Assembly (NCBI GenBank): GCA_965178125.1
Contig: OZ237736.1
Location: 310,001-374,000, forward strand
DNA: 64,000 nt
Direction of reading: 5' to 3'
Source: Bilabrum cf. latius
Lineage: Eukaryota
Shown: positions 49,530 through 60,429 of the stretch, piece after piece
How positions within the stretch are numbered: the first letter of the stretch is position 1
How the letters are laid out: the number at the start of each line of letters is the position of its first letter
The notes under the pieces: model-generated
What the model saw: only the letters and a program-made list of their open reading frames with translations
Told to the model about the DNA's origin: nothing
Databases searched by the model: none
Program-made: the position numbers and the translations under genes

Positions 49530-50858
49530 ATGAGCTCTTCGGATGAATCAGAATTTGACGGTTGGGACGGTGCGGCTGCAGGTGGGTTCATGAGTCCGAA
49601 TGGAAGGACGGCCCGGACGTCTTAGAGAAAAGGTGGCTTCGATTCACCTGCTAGGTCCTCAGCAGGGAGGAAACGGAACCGATCTAGCATCATCTCGTAT
49701 AGAATTAGTTCGTCAGGTTCTGAGGATGAAACTGACGGGGGCGAAGTCAGTGAGGATTCGCATGAAGTCGCCCCAGAGAGACCAGGCAAAAGGAGGCGCA
49801 CAGCAGCGTCCACTGCACCCAAGGAAGCCGCTTCTGGCATCAAGTCAGAGCATTCAAAGAGGAATACGAAGCGCATGCAGGCTAGGGGAGCTGTCGATGA
49901 TGATGAACCGGAAAGCTCAGATTCAGGCGACGGCAGCAGTGCGCGCGATTCCGACAGCGTTTTTTACAGCGAAGCAAGCGAATTCAACGACTCTGATAGC
50001 GACTTTGATGCGAGTTCATCACACAGGCAGAGAAAGGGTGGTTCAAAACTAGGCAAATCGAGTGCAGGCAAGAAATCGAAGGCGAGCAAGTCAGCAGCGA
50101 ACAGCAAGAAGCGAGCAGGCAGCTCGGCGGCTTCTGAGTCTTCCATGGGAGGCGCCTCGGCGTCCAGCAGCAAATCTACGAAACCCTCGACGACTGGTTA
50201 GGCAGCAAAGGCAAAGAATGGATCGGCTGGCCCAGCCAAAAAGAAGCGCGTCCCAGGTTCGAAACCCGCTGCGGAGCTCCCTCTCACCCTGGCCTCCAGA
50301 AAGCCGGCCGGGAAGGCGACCGTGCTCGTTTCGTCAGAGCACCCGATCGACCTGGAAGGAGAGGTTGGTGCGGTGGGCTGTGTCACCATGGCGGGCGAGA
50401 CGCTCGTGCTGGACATCGCCGGGCACAGGTACCGCGCGCGGCCGGTGCCGGTGCAGTCGCACTGCGTGCTGCACGTCACCGACAAGGAGGCGAAGATCGA
50501 GTCGATCGCGAACGTGTGCCTGTAGCTAGACCACCTGGCTGACGTGGTACAGGAGCTAGGCGGGTCACTAGGGGAGGCGGGCGCGGGGATAGACGCCAAG
50601 GCCTTGTTTGCCTCTGTGGAGGCAGAGGCAGGGGTGAGCGCTGTGGGCAGTGATGGTGCTGGGAAGTCAGGCGGTAGGAAGGGGCGTGCATCGTCCACAA
50701 CAGCAAGTAGCAGCAGCAGCAGCAGCAGCACGGCTGCGTCAGGCCCTGGTGCTGCTGAACCAGCCGTGTTGGGTTCTCAGGCGGTGGCAGCTGCGCAGGA
50801 GTTGGAGATGATCGGCAGGGCAAGGAGCAAGGGCCGCTCAAAGAAGAGAAAGCATTGA
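49530..50858 (+). CDS. BIN4: BIN4/MIDGET-like topoisomerase VI accessory protein
   Basis: ELPLTL..VLV..IDLEGEVGAVG..LVLDIAGHRYRA..HCVLHVTDKEAKIESIANVCL*L parallels plant BIN4 IDLSGDMGAVG..LDLKG..EAKIEAIMNDFIQL. Three TAGs; ends at TGA. Confidence 0.8.
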
Positions 50859-51078
50859 TCCCGGATCAATTTTTGTGCAATGAGACTGGACAAGACTAGA
50901 TATAGCCTAGCGAGCCTAAAACTTAAATAGTATAGAGGATCTCATGTCTCTGGCACGTGCCGTGCTCATCAGTGCGCTGCACACAATCGCATTGCACCAG
51001 TAGCCAATCCGAGTTGCACCCGTAAGACTCGACCATATAGTAGAATCTTACCTCAGAGGCCGAGCCACCAATCGCTAA

Positions 51079-54000
51079 TCAGTCCCAGTCATCCACCGCG
51101 CCGCCCGCCCCGCCCTTGGCAGCGTTGCGGATCTGTGGCTAGTCCCTGTACATGGTGGCCACCTGTTCCGCCGACGTCGCAGCCTCCGCCGCTTTGTCGT
51201 CCCTGACCCGAAGCAGCCTGGGGAACCGAAGAGCGATGCCCTTGCTGCTGTGGACGATGCCCACGGCCGCGCGGTGCACCGGGGATATGCTCAGGTCGGC
51301 GGCCTTGATCTCCCACACAGCCTTCGGCTCGAACCACACCTCCGGCTCCATGTTGGAGTCGATGCCCATGGGCTTCTTGGGACGGATCAGCTCGTTCTCA
51401 TTGAAATACTTGGTGAACTCCTGCAGCTGCTCGTCGGAAAAACCAGTGCCCACCCTCGTGACGCTCTGGAAGCTCTCGTCCTCCTGGCTGTAGCACGCCA
51501 GGAGGTACGCCCCGTAGGTGCCGGACCTCTTCCCCTTGCCGTGCCAGGCCCCAATGGGCACCAGATCGAACGAGTCAGTCAGCCCATCCATGTAGTCCTT
51601 CTTCAGCTTGAGCCAGTTGAGGCTGCGCCTGCTGGGCAGGTACGTCGCGTTCGAGTCCAGCGTCTTCACCATGAGCCCCTCGCAGTTCTGCTCAACGGCC
51701 TCGTTCAGGAACATGCCGATTTCCTCCAGCTCGCTGCCGTCGGAGCCCTTGGCGAAGGCGAACTTGCCCTCGACCTCTCTGAAGTGCGTGTGCAGCAGCT
51801 GGCGCCTCTGCCGCAGCGGCAGCCGGATGAGCGACTGGCCGTTGAGGTACAGGAGGTCGAAGGCGCAGTAGATCACCTTGACGCCTACGTCCTCAGCCTT
51901 CACGTCCTTCCTGGCCCTGCGACTGAGCTCCTGGAACGGGAGCAGCTGCTTGCGGACGCGGTCGTACGCCACCACCTCGCCGTCGAGAACGAAGCTGCCG
52001 CCCTCCGCTGAGGTGCCGGTGACAGCCGTGCCAGACGCAGGCACAGTGGCTCCTGCTGCCTATGATGAGGACGACGACGACGAGGATGACGATGACGAGG
52101 ATGAGGATGAGGATGAGGATGAGGATGAGGATGATGATGATGACGAAGCACTGGACGTGGATGATTGCGCCGCTGATGATGACGCTGATGAGGAGGAGGC
52201 CGCTGCCGCAGGCTTAGCGGCATCTGCCGCAGAAGAAGCGGGAGAAGGCTCTGCCGGCTTGGCCTTGGCCTTGGGCTTGGACCCGAAGAAGCTCATCATG
52301 GTCTTTGCCTTGGGCTTCTTGGCGGCCTTGTCTACTCCCCCACTGGCCGCCTTGCCAGCAGCGTCCCCGCCTACTGCTGCCTTCTTCTTGGACGAAGCAT
52401 CTCCTTTCGACGCTTGTGCAATCGTACCAATGTACGCCTCCCGGATCGCCAAGCCAATGTCGGGATACTTGATCGAGGTGTCCTCACTGTTGCGGCTGAA
52501 GCACCCAATCTCACCGTTGGGAGTACAGTGGACCTGCGCACGCTCTCCGTCGTACTTGTACTCGCAGGTGAAGCTGACGCCGCTGAACCGGTCCAGCACC
52601 TCTCCCACGCTCTTGGTTGGCTTGGCGAGCATGGGCGAGACGGGGACCCCGGGCTTCAGGTGGCACCGAACGCGCGCCGCTGGCACGCCGCCTTCCAGCA
52701 GCGCCGGGATGATGTCGTTGTACGAGGGCATCTCGCTGTGGATCTGCTTGATCTCTTCCACAGCCGCCTCCACCTCCATGTTTGCCGTGGACCGAATCCT
52801 CAGCGTCTTCGGGCTCCTCCGGGCATCCAGCCTCAGTGCATAGGACCCGGCCTCCCCGCCGGCTTCTGGCATCGCCGGAGGTGGGAGACCGGCTGCCCCT
52901 GCGACCGATGCAGGCGCGCTAGCTGCGGCAGAGGCACCGGCACCGCTGCTGCTGCCACCAGCTGCCTGAAGCGCCTCCAAGGCGTACGCAGCGAGTAGCC
53001 TGCGCATGGGGATCAGTGCCGCATTTGAGGCAGCTGCCTTGTCTCTCCTCTTTGACGCGGCCGACTTCTCCCCCTTGCCCGTTCCTTTGTCTTTGCCCTT
53101 GCCGGCCTTGGCCTTCCCTGCCTCCTCGTCCTCGTCCTAGTCGCCGTCCTGGCTGCTGACATCGTCCTCATCATCGTCATCATCGAGCCCGTCATCATCA
53201 TCATCCCTCATGGAAGCAGTTCCAATGGACGCTGTTTCTGCTGCCATCGAGACGGCGTCTTCGCCGTCCTCGCCCTTGGTGGCCCTGGCTGAGACACCAG
53301 ACTCGCTCGCACCGACGCCGCCATCAGGACCACCAGCATCGCCAACAGCCCCGGTGGCCGATGCAGCAAGAAGTGCCGAAATGTCCGGTCTCCGCTCGCC
53401 CAAATGCTACGAGAGCGCGCTGTCTGCTTTCGAGCCAGCCATCACGTGGGCTGCCACCGGTGTGTTGGGAGGCGTGATGGCGATTGCTTGCGCCAGTGCC
53501 ACCAGCACGGTCCTCTCCGCCAACCCGATCCTCAGCTTGCACTGGAGTCCACGGATTAGAAACCTGGCCTCGTGGCCCTTGGGCTTGCATGCCAGTAGCA
53601 TGCCCTTGATCCTGGCAGTTTTCTTGTCCTGGCTCGCCTTCCCAGACTCCATGGCAATCGCTTTGAACTCCTTAAACACCTTTCGCAAGGTCAGCGGCTT
53701 GGGCTGCATCAGGGACCGCTGGGAGCCCTTGGATTCCTCTGCTACAAGACCGAGGTCTCCCAGGACCGGCACCCGGGATCGAACCTGCGCGAGGGGCCTC
53801 CCTGTTCCCTGGGAAATAGATTTTCCGATGATAGAGTCCCCGATCCCCAGCTCGAGCCCCTCGTGGGGTGGCGCCAGCCTCGTGCATGCCAGGTTGACGG
53901 CGGGGAGCAGGTCCTCCGGGGACAGCGCAATCACGGAGCGGAAGAAATCTCGCAGGATGGCCGTAATGCCGAGCCTGCGCAAGTGAAGAGATCGTGGCGA

Positions 54001-54665
54001 GTGGTGGCCGTTGCTCGTTCAATCGTGTGCATGTCGACACAGTACCGGCAGAGGGGCGGCAAACACCCCGTTCGATCGGAGAATCGAGACGAAATAATTT
54101 ACGTTGGAATCAAACGGTTTGGGTCTCACCTGCTGGGCTCGTCCTCGATTTTCTTGAGAGTCTGCGCGAACTGGAAATACGGCACGGGCGATCCGATGGA
54201 CCAGCCTGCGTCAGCGACAGGGTCGTACTCGCCCTTCGTCACGCTGCTGGTCTCGTCTCCAACTTGGCCTCCGCTGCCAGCACCGGATGAAGGCGCCGAC
54301 GCTTCTCCTGCCTTTTTTGCTTCAGAGGAACCGGATACTTCGACGCCAGTCGCAGCCGACGATGGCTTCGAAACAGCTGATTTCTTCTTTTCGCCCGAGG
54401 ATCGAGGCTGAAAGAAGCTGTGCAAGCCAGAACTAGCCTGCGGCTCCGTCTTGGCGCGTTTGGCTTCCGGGGCATCGTCCGCTGAAGCCCGCGGACGCTT
54501 CTCTCCGGGAGAGGCAACTGCTTCGTTCTCGTCGTCGGATTCGATGGCAACTCGGCCTGCACCTGCGCCGTTGGCTACACCCTCTGGTCTCAATACGCCT
54601 TCATCATCGCTATCAGCGACTTTGGAAGCGCTTTCACGAGACAAGCTGGCGCTCCTGCGAAGCAT
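51079..54665 (-). CDS. LIG1: DNA ligase I; exons 54665-54130 and 53974-51079
   Basis: ELGIGD, PMLAKPT, EYKYDGERAQ, VLDGEVVA, AFDLLYLNG, EGLMVK, WLKLKKDY and ALRFPRL motifs. Four in-frame TAGs; ends at TGA. Confidence 0.95.
52063..52147 (-). repeat. poly-Ser coding microsatellite in a ligase insertion
   Basis: (GAT/GAG/GAC)n on + reads as a TCA/TCC/TCG run on -. Confidence 0.9.
53975..54129 (-). other. spliceosomal intron, 155 nt
   Basis: GTGAGA...TTGCGCAG; the join gives KIEDEPSRLGITAILRDFFRSVI, the expected LIG1 DNA-binding-domain sequence. Confidence 0.88.
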
Positions 54666-55061
54666 ACGAACGGTGACGCCCCTTCAAACAATCTTAGAAT
54701 GAATGCTTCTTTTGTACTAGATGATGAAATCATAAATTTAAGCTAGATCTTACATGTTTAGAACAGCAGCGCGGTGTAGCTTTGACAGGTGGATACTAAT
54801 TTGCGGCCAGGAGTTGCGATTTGCGATTGCCCTGATCCCCTATTCAACTCGAAGCTTGGATATCAAACCCTGCGATGATCGCCCAGCAACTCGTCCCAAC
54901 TTCTGGATTCGATGGAGAGCCGCGATACTGACCTAGATTTGGAATCTTGTGCGATGCTTGCAAATTTTGAAACCATGGCGGCGCCGCGCAACTGCAGGTT
55001 CCGCAATAGCTCCACAGATGGACTGGACAGGACCACGGGTGTTTCAGGTGAGCAGCGCCAT

Positions 55062-57515
55062 TTAACGGCCACAGAGGGCAACCCTCGCCGCGTATTGTGC
55101 AACGCTAGGCGCTAGCCCGCACGCTATGCCGAATCGAACCACCTCGTCCCGCAGCCGGAGCGCAGATCCAACCCCAGCACACAGCTACAACACGCCAACT
55201 TGCCATGCCAGTGGTGCATCGTGGTAAATTGGAACAACCGACCACGCAGGCGATCCACTTGCTAGCAATCTCGATAGCTTGGCTTCTGCGGACTCTTTGG
55301 CTCGCGTGTCTTCGGCATCGAGTGCTTGCTCGTAAGGAGCCGGAGCACTTGCTTCATGCCGGGCAGTTTCAGGAGCAGCTTTCGTTTCCTCCGTGGAGCG
55401 ACTCGGATGCGTTCCCTTGGTATACTTCCCAGCATCACGGCTCGCTTGGTTTGATAGCGCGAGCGCTGGCACGGCTCCGCGAGTATGAGCACCTGCTTGC
55501 CTGGCCATGGAGTGAGCACCTGCCTGGGCACCGGCCCTTCCGATGGAAAAGCTGCTCGGTGAGAGAACGCTAGAGCTGGCTGGACTTGCAAGCTTGATTT
55601 CATGCTATGATCCGCTAGATGCCCCCTCGCCAATTCCAGCCGCTGCCTGCTTTCGCCGAGCGAGCACTCTCTTGGCAAGTCCTTTGAGCAGAGCGCTGGG
55701 CAAGTCGCTGCGTGTCACGATGATGGGCCGACCCTGCAATTCGCGGGGCTGGTGCTTAAGCACCTCCATCATCATGCTGTTGGGTGCTCTGTGGCCGATA
55801 CCAGCTGCACTCGATTCCCCAAAGTAACCCCCGCTGCGCTGCGCCGCCTCGTTAACCACAGAGCCAGTCTGCAGCGGTGTCAAGCCCTAGCCCCCGGCTC
55901 CTAACCTACGCGGGTCGGCAATATCACCGCTCTGTGCATATTTTGCTCCTGCCATTACCTCCCTTTCCTCCCTGCTGATCCCGAGCAAACCGGCGGACCG
56001 GCCCGGCATGGCCGCTATGCTCCTTCTTGCTTGTCTTTTTGGCCGACTGCTGCCACTGCCATCCCCTGTGGAACGTTCGTCTCCGAGTCGCGCTGGACCT
56101 ACAATGCCAGTTGCATCCACGGCTGGTGGAAGTGCTACCGGTCTGCCTTCTTTCTTGCGATGCTGCACCTTGCTGTCGCCTCCCCGCTGCGTAGTCATAG
56201 GCGGTGGGGCTCGCCTAGCGCCCTGCTCGGCTTGCGACGCAGTGCTTGACGATCGTGCTCTGGCAGTGCTTGGTCGCAACGCCCCAGGTCCTCGGCGGCC
56301 GCCGGCAGCCGACCTTGAGGCGCTGGAGGCCTCTGCCTCTGCTCGCCTCTGCTGCCTCTGCGCCCTCTGTATCGCCTCGATGTGACCGCCCAGTCGCGCG
56401 GCGCTGCCTCCGGGGCTATCTCGGAAGAGCTGCTGGGCGATTGCTTCCGCCGAGTAGGTCGCAAGATTGCTCACAATCATCACTTTGCGCCGGATCGAGC
56501 CCTTCAGAGCGGTTGCAACCTCGGGCACAGCGAGAGGGGGGAAGCACAGGAAAACGACCCTGCACCTTCGAAACACCCGGGCTGGTTCCCGGCTAAACTA
56601 TACGCCGGAGTCCTTGAGCCCTTGCAGTCCCGGGCTCTCAACAACTGGAACCATGCAGTGGATGCGCCCGAGCGCCACTCCGCAGCGAGCGAGCAGGCTG
56701 ATAGTCGCGCGTGCGACGCCACCGCACCCGATGAAACCGATGCCGAATTTGGTGCCCTCCGCAGCATCCACCAGGTCGACCACCCTAGATACGCAGGACA
56801 TGCATATGAACGCGTTTTGGGCGGCGATGACGCTTTGTGACATGCGCCGCAACTCGAGGGCTCGCGCGAGCAGGTGCGCCTGGCCTGGGGGTGAGCACGC
56901 GTGCGGGTCTGCTCCGGCCCTTGGCGCCGAGCGAGAGATTCGCTTCGTCTCTATGCCACCCTCATAGTACATTTCGCTAGAATCTAGCATCGCTGGGTTG
57001 AAACCTAGCGGGCTAGAGGGGATCCTGCTCCGTGCTAGCGACACTGGCGTCGGGGCTATGCCTGGGTGTGGCGATACCTACGGCGCTGCCTATGCTCCCT
57101 GCGGCAGTTCTCCAAATGTATCCCTTGCTAGTAGAGCTGTATCTGAAGCAGAATGATCTGATGGCTCGCCAAACTTGCTGGGATCTCCTCCGCCGTGCAA
57201 CGAATCCACCGGTGTGCGGTGCGGACGGACCGAAGCCGCAATTGACGCTGCAATCGACGCAGCCGATGCCTTCTTCTGCTCATCATACACGCCAAGCAAG
57301 CCTTTGATAGAAGTACGAAATGTATCAAACAGTAGCGACTGGAATACTTTTGGTTGCGCAGCATCAGATTGCATTCTTTTTCGCAAGTGCAATCGCCCGT
57401 CTCGGCTAGTCTCATACTTTGCTAGGGTACCTGCCTCCTTTAGATCTACAGCCTACTCTAAAATGCCAATCCCTCTCAATATGGTTGCCGGGTCTACATC
57501 AGTTGGAGTCGCCAT
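55062..57515 (-). CDS. NOXRED1/pyrroline-5-carboxylate-reductase-like Rossmann-fold protein
   Basis: Five ORFs in one frame joined by TAG. IGFIGCGGVA dinucleotide-binding motif and CRVVFLCFPP..VPEV..MIVSNLA. Ends at TAA. Confidence 0.7.
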
Positions 57516-57704
57516 TCCTTCGTACTGAAGCAAACTTATTTTAACGGAATTCGAGGATCCGGAACGAAAGGAAAATGGATTCATCCAGCCGCCCCAGCAA
57601 ACAGCGGAAGAAACCAATCAATTGGGTCACATAATTGGAGTTTTATTCGTACAAAGCATTGGTAATCATGCGATGAAGCGCATTGGTGGTCCAATCAAAG
57701 CGTG

Positions 57705-60281
57705 ATGAACTGCACGTCAATTTGGCTGCGCCATGTCGCAGTGGGTCTGATTTTTGTTTGCAGCGGGCATGTCCACGCACACAATGTACCAAATTTAGTT
57801 ATATTCGGCTTGGAAGGGTGGCCCAGGTTCAGTGGAAATGGCAGGTATACCGGTACGCTCACAGCAGCGCTTGACACCCAGAACGGCACAAGATACACAG
57901 CAATTCTGGCCTCTTGCATGCGGAACGATGCTACTCGAATGCTTGATAATAGGTTCCTTTTGTTGGATGTTTGCGCAAATGCACCACAGAGGCAGGTGCA
58001 GTGGACTAGACTGGACGATTGGAGCGCCTGGGATTCGTACGCTGCGCTGTCGTTCAGGCTTGGGATGGAACTGTGCTCTTTTGACGGCAGCGGTAGCGCA
58101 GAGGCCATTGGTCTGTGGAATCGTTTGCACTTATTTGGTGGAGAGAGCGACAGTGCTGTTATTTTCGCCGGCATTGACTGGCACGGGATGCTGGCTGCTG
58201 GCGCATTTCGCATGGGCTGCTCCCTCGCCGCCCGGAAGGAGACCAATCCTGATTCAAACCTGCAGTCGTAGCATTTACGTATAGTAAGAATGGTTTTGCA
58301 GGGAACAACGGCTTCCTACTGGAATTTCCGGGTGTTTGAATCGGCCCGGGTGGAAGCGCAAGCGACCTCACCAACAGATGCATGGCCCAAGGCAGCGGCA
58401 TCATGGTCCTCCTTTCAGTTCGAGCGACCGCATAGCGTCGGCGATAATTCGAACAAAACAAATGCTCGCTTCGAGACGGGTCACCCTCTGGATATTGGCA
58501 TGCTAGAGGGTTGTGCCGCTGTCGCAGCCAGCAGAACCATCGCGCTTTCTAGCAAGGACAGGGCTGTCTTAAAGGTGCTGGGCGCCAGATGCTGGGCATG
58601 GATGCAGCGCACTCGGCTGGTCTAGGATGCAGTAGTCTAGCCTGATGGCACGCGACCGTCGCAGCCGTCGATGGTCTCTACCGGTCCGGATGGCGCGAGT
58701 CCTCTGTTGCAACCAACTAGCCGTGCCATGATGAAGCCTGCGCGTGATAGCGCCGGTTCTGGCCTCTCCGAATAGATTTCATCTGCAAATGGCGGCAGCG
58801 AAAGTCGGGCTGCGGATATTTCCATACACTCGTGTTATTGGCTGTGGGATGGCACGGCTGGATTTGGCGCCGCGACTGAGACGGCGGGCGCACGTGCATG
58901 TCGCGATGTATCCAGCGACTCAACACTTGGTGCATCTGACTCGGAGACTCACAAATACGCGCCCTGTACACTTGGCGCACCAGATGGTCCACCCAGAATG
59001 CTCTCTCCAGCGCAGCAAGCTTGCCTCGCTGCTACGGTGCTAGCAGCGGGCAACAAACTGGCACTGGTGCAGCCACACGACATAGAGACCGGGTAGTTGG
59101 TCCACGTTATGCTGCAGAATAACAGGGGGGTGAAAAGAGCAACCACGGGAATTGATGTGCTACTGCCACCGCTGCGACCCGACATCTACTATCTAGTAGC
59201 TGGATCGCACCTAGAGATAGAGAGTGCGTCGAGCTCAGCTGGGCGCGGCCAACGCGAGAAAATTGTGAAATCGGATGACTCGATTGCACGCGCGGTTCAA
59301 ACTCGATCTTACTTGCTGCACTGCGCGCGCATCGTGCCTATCAAGAGGCCGTGGCTTTTTGTTGAAGCCGTAATCCGTGCGAAGCAAGAGCTCCGCGCTG
59401 CCGGGATTGAACCCGCCTTGTGTGCCCCTGGGTATAGCGTAGAGTCGCGGAAAAGCCAATTCAATGAATCCGAGGCTAGCTAGCAGCCCGGTCCCGCCGG
59501 CGAAGTCCCGACCGCACCGAACGATTTCGCTGGCACGAAGCTCTGCGTGGAGCACAGGCACTCTGGCGGACACGACAGCTTGAGGGATTGCCTGGTTGGG
59601 GACCTCCTCGCACACTTCCCAACTGCGCACATTATTACAGAGTTTCTGGACGCCCGTGGTCTAGCCTCTCTTCTGCGCAAGTCAGTTGCGTACGTGCATG
59701 CCGCTGCCTAGGAGCCCTACGGAATGGCTCTGGTGGAGGCAGCTGCATTCGGGGCCGTCCCCATCGTATCAACGAGTGCGGCTGCGGCAGTCACCAACGC
59801 ACAGCGGCAAGATTGTGATGATGCGCACCAGTCAGGGAGTGAATCTGAGTCCAGTCAGGCATGCAGCTAGTAGGCCAGCGTCACAGGCTGTTCCATCGGC
59901 GCTCGGGTCGGGAAGGAATTTGCGTGGGGTGACCTCGTCGTCGACGGTGTGCAGCGCAATCAAATTGACCGCGTCGGCCTTGATACCCCGCATATTGGAG
60001 CCACTGAGCTTGTCCGGCCCCGTTGTGGTGAGAGCATTGGGGTTGCCATCGGGTCTGATGTTCCGGAGAGTACAGCCGTCGCTCGGCTGGCTGAGACTTT
60101 CGTTCACAAGGTCCTAGCTGACAGTGCAGCGCTCTCTGCCGGAGGCCGACAGGCCGAGGGCACGACTGGCGGCATGGATTCATATCGGTCCAGAGGGCTA
60201 TCCCGGGCCACTGCTTGGAGTGTGGAGGAACACGCGGCCGGATTGATATCGTTGCTCGAGCTGGCAGCCAGAGTTCCATGA
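57705..60281 (+). CDS. GT4-family (GT-B) glycosyltransferase with signal peptide
   Basis: One frame with many TAGs. FSGNG, YLLHCARIVPIKRPWLFVE and YVHAAA*EPYGMALVEAAAFG (Ex7E motif). Ends at TGA. Confidence 0.82.
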
Positions 60282-60429
60282 AGCTTACCTACCTGTAGGG
60301 TCTGACTAGCCTATGAACACTTCGCCAGAGGACTATTTTGATAGAGCTTGAATCGGATTATTGTGACCCAATTGTCTTCAACAGAGTGTTCTAGCGATAA
60401 TCCCAAGCAAAATCAATCAGGCAGATGAA

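Noticed and set aside
44061-53986. Antisense ORFs 44061..45464, 47604..48821, 48922..49533, 51878..52843 (poly-Asp/Glu) and 53210..53986
   Set aside because: They overlap well-supported genes on the opposite strand, as is typical of GC-rich codon bias.
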